Origin: Campylobacterales bacterium
GTDB taxonomy: Bacteria; Campylobacterota; Campylobacteria; Campylobacterales; JAADDG01
Assembly (NCBI GenBank): GCA_027009865.1
Contig: JALVCR010000099.1
Location: forward strand, 1 to 35,408
Length of the DNA stretch: 35,408 bases
Reading direction: 5' to 3'
The notes under the pieces were generated by a model. That model saw nothing but the letters and a program-made list of their open reading frames with translations, was not told where the DNA came from and ran no database searches. Position numbers and translations under genes: made by a program. Below, one piece after another: positions 35,034 to 35,408 of the stretch. Each line of letters begins with the position of its first letter. Within the stretch, counting starts at the first letter, position 1.

Positions 35034-35218
35034 GGGAAAGTTCTAAATTGAACGAAAACTTTACAATTTTAGCATAAAAATTTTATGTTAGCCGAAGGCT
35101 AAAAAAGTGCACCAAACCCCGAAGGGGCGCTTTAGCGTTTGCACTTTTTAATAAAATTTTTATGCGTTTGCAACGCAAAAAATTGTAACTCGTTTGAGTG
35201 AAATTTAGAATCTTTCCC
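35034..35218. repeat. ~185-bp composite imperfect palindrome (candidate structured RNA or MITE-like element)
   Basis: Three paired arm blocks:
- GGGAAAG(a)TTCTAAATT, 35034-35049 / 35202-35218.
- TTACAATTTT, 35061-35070 / 35179-35188.
- GCATAAAAATTTT, 35072-35084 / 35153-35165.
The core holds TTAGCC-GAA-GGCTAA, CCCC-GAA-GGGG and AAAGTGCA...TGCACTTT. Confidence 0.8.
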
Positions 35219-35282
35219 TTAAAGTTTGTAAAGTCAGTTTATAAAATTATAAGCAAAATCGAGATAAAATTGCGCTGTTTTT

Positions 35283-35357
35283 GCGGGAGTAGCTCAGGGG
35301 TAGAGCACAACCTTGCCAAGGTTGGGGTCGCGGGTTCGAATCCCGTCTCCCGCTCCA
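35283..35357 (+). tRNA. tRNA-Gly (anticodon GCC)
   Basis: Cloverleaf read by eye: acceptor GCGGGAG/CTCCCGC, D stem GCTC/GAGC, anticodon stem CAACC/GGTTG with loop TTGCCAA, T arm GCGGG-TTCGAAT-CCCGT. The 3' CCA is encoded. Confidence 0.95.
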
Positions 35358-35408
35358 TAAATTTGGCGCCAAGGCGCATTATGGCTAAAAAGATTTTTCT
35401 TCTTTTTT

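Noticed and set aside
34895-35282. Replication origin (oriC) next to rpmH
   Set aside because: rpmH often neighbours dnaA and oriC. However, no dnaA gene is present here and I could not find DnaA-box-like repeats (TTATCCACA-type). The region is dominated by one large palindrome rather than box arrays.
27708-35357. Denitrification cluster as a tRNA-Gly-integrated genomic island
   Set aside because: No integrase, transposase or direct repeat of the tRNA 3' end was seen. Core genes (rpmH to mnmE) separate the tRNA from the denitrification genes.
35382-35408. Possible start of a + strand CDS (ATG GCT AAA AAG ATT TTT CTT CTT TTT)
   Set aside because: Only 9 codons are visible and the SD is weak. 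This is not enough to support a feature.
1-35408. CRISPR arrays, rRNA genes, phase-variable homopolymer tracts
   Set aside because: I saw no regularly spaced direct repeats and no rRNA-like conserved stretches. G or C runs do not exceed about 5 nt.

Overview
AT-rich window, almost entirely minus-strand coding. It reads as a Campylobacterota (epsilonproteobacterial)-type complete denitrification supercluster followed by a housekeeping block.

Left to right on the + strand:
- Clade-II nos cluster: nosY(partial)-nosL-nosF-nosH-nosC2-nosC1-nosG-nosD-nosB-cNosZ.
- Haem d1 / nitrite reductase genes: cobA(nirE)-nirF-nirJ-nirN-nirS.
- cNOR genes norB-norC, flanked by two small membrane ORFs.
- A divergent, cysteine-free Crp/Fnr regulator.
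- The periplasmic nitrate reductase operon napAGHBFLD, ending in a CetB-like PAS gene.
- A divergent FmdE-like gene.
- A five-gene operon of domain-of-unknown-function proteins.
- mnmE-jag-yidC-yidD-rnpA-rpmH, then a ~185-bp composite palindrome and tRNA-Gly(GCC).

Six near-perfect TTGAT-N4-ATCAA (FNR-type) boxes sit in the intergenic regions upstream of nosZ (two), nosB, the nor/nir unit, napA and the DUF operon. This links them into one putative regulon.

The most interesting candidates:
- The box-controlled DUF2249 / 12-TM His-rich / DUF59 / mini-TM / DUF1858-DUF2249 operon.
- An unannotated 54-aa ORF between norB and nirS.
- A NirN with an extra C-terminal cytochrome c domain.
- A PAS sensor fused transcriptionally to nap.
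- Two housekeeping genes (rnpA, mnmE) that lack canonical start codons.
- The large palindrome upstream of rpmH.

I saw no transposase, integrase, CRISPR array or rRNA. All family assignments rest on motif recognition by eye and need HMM or BLAST confirmation.
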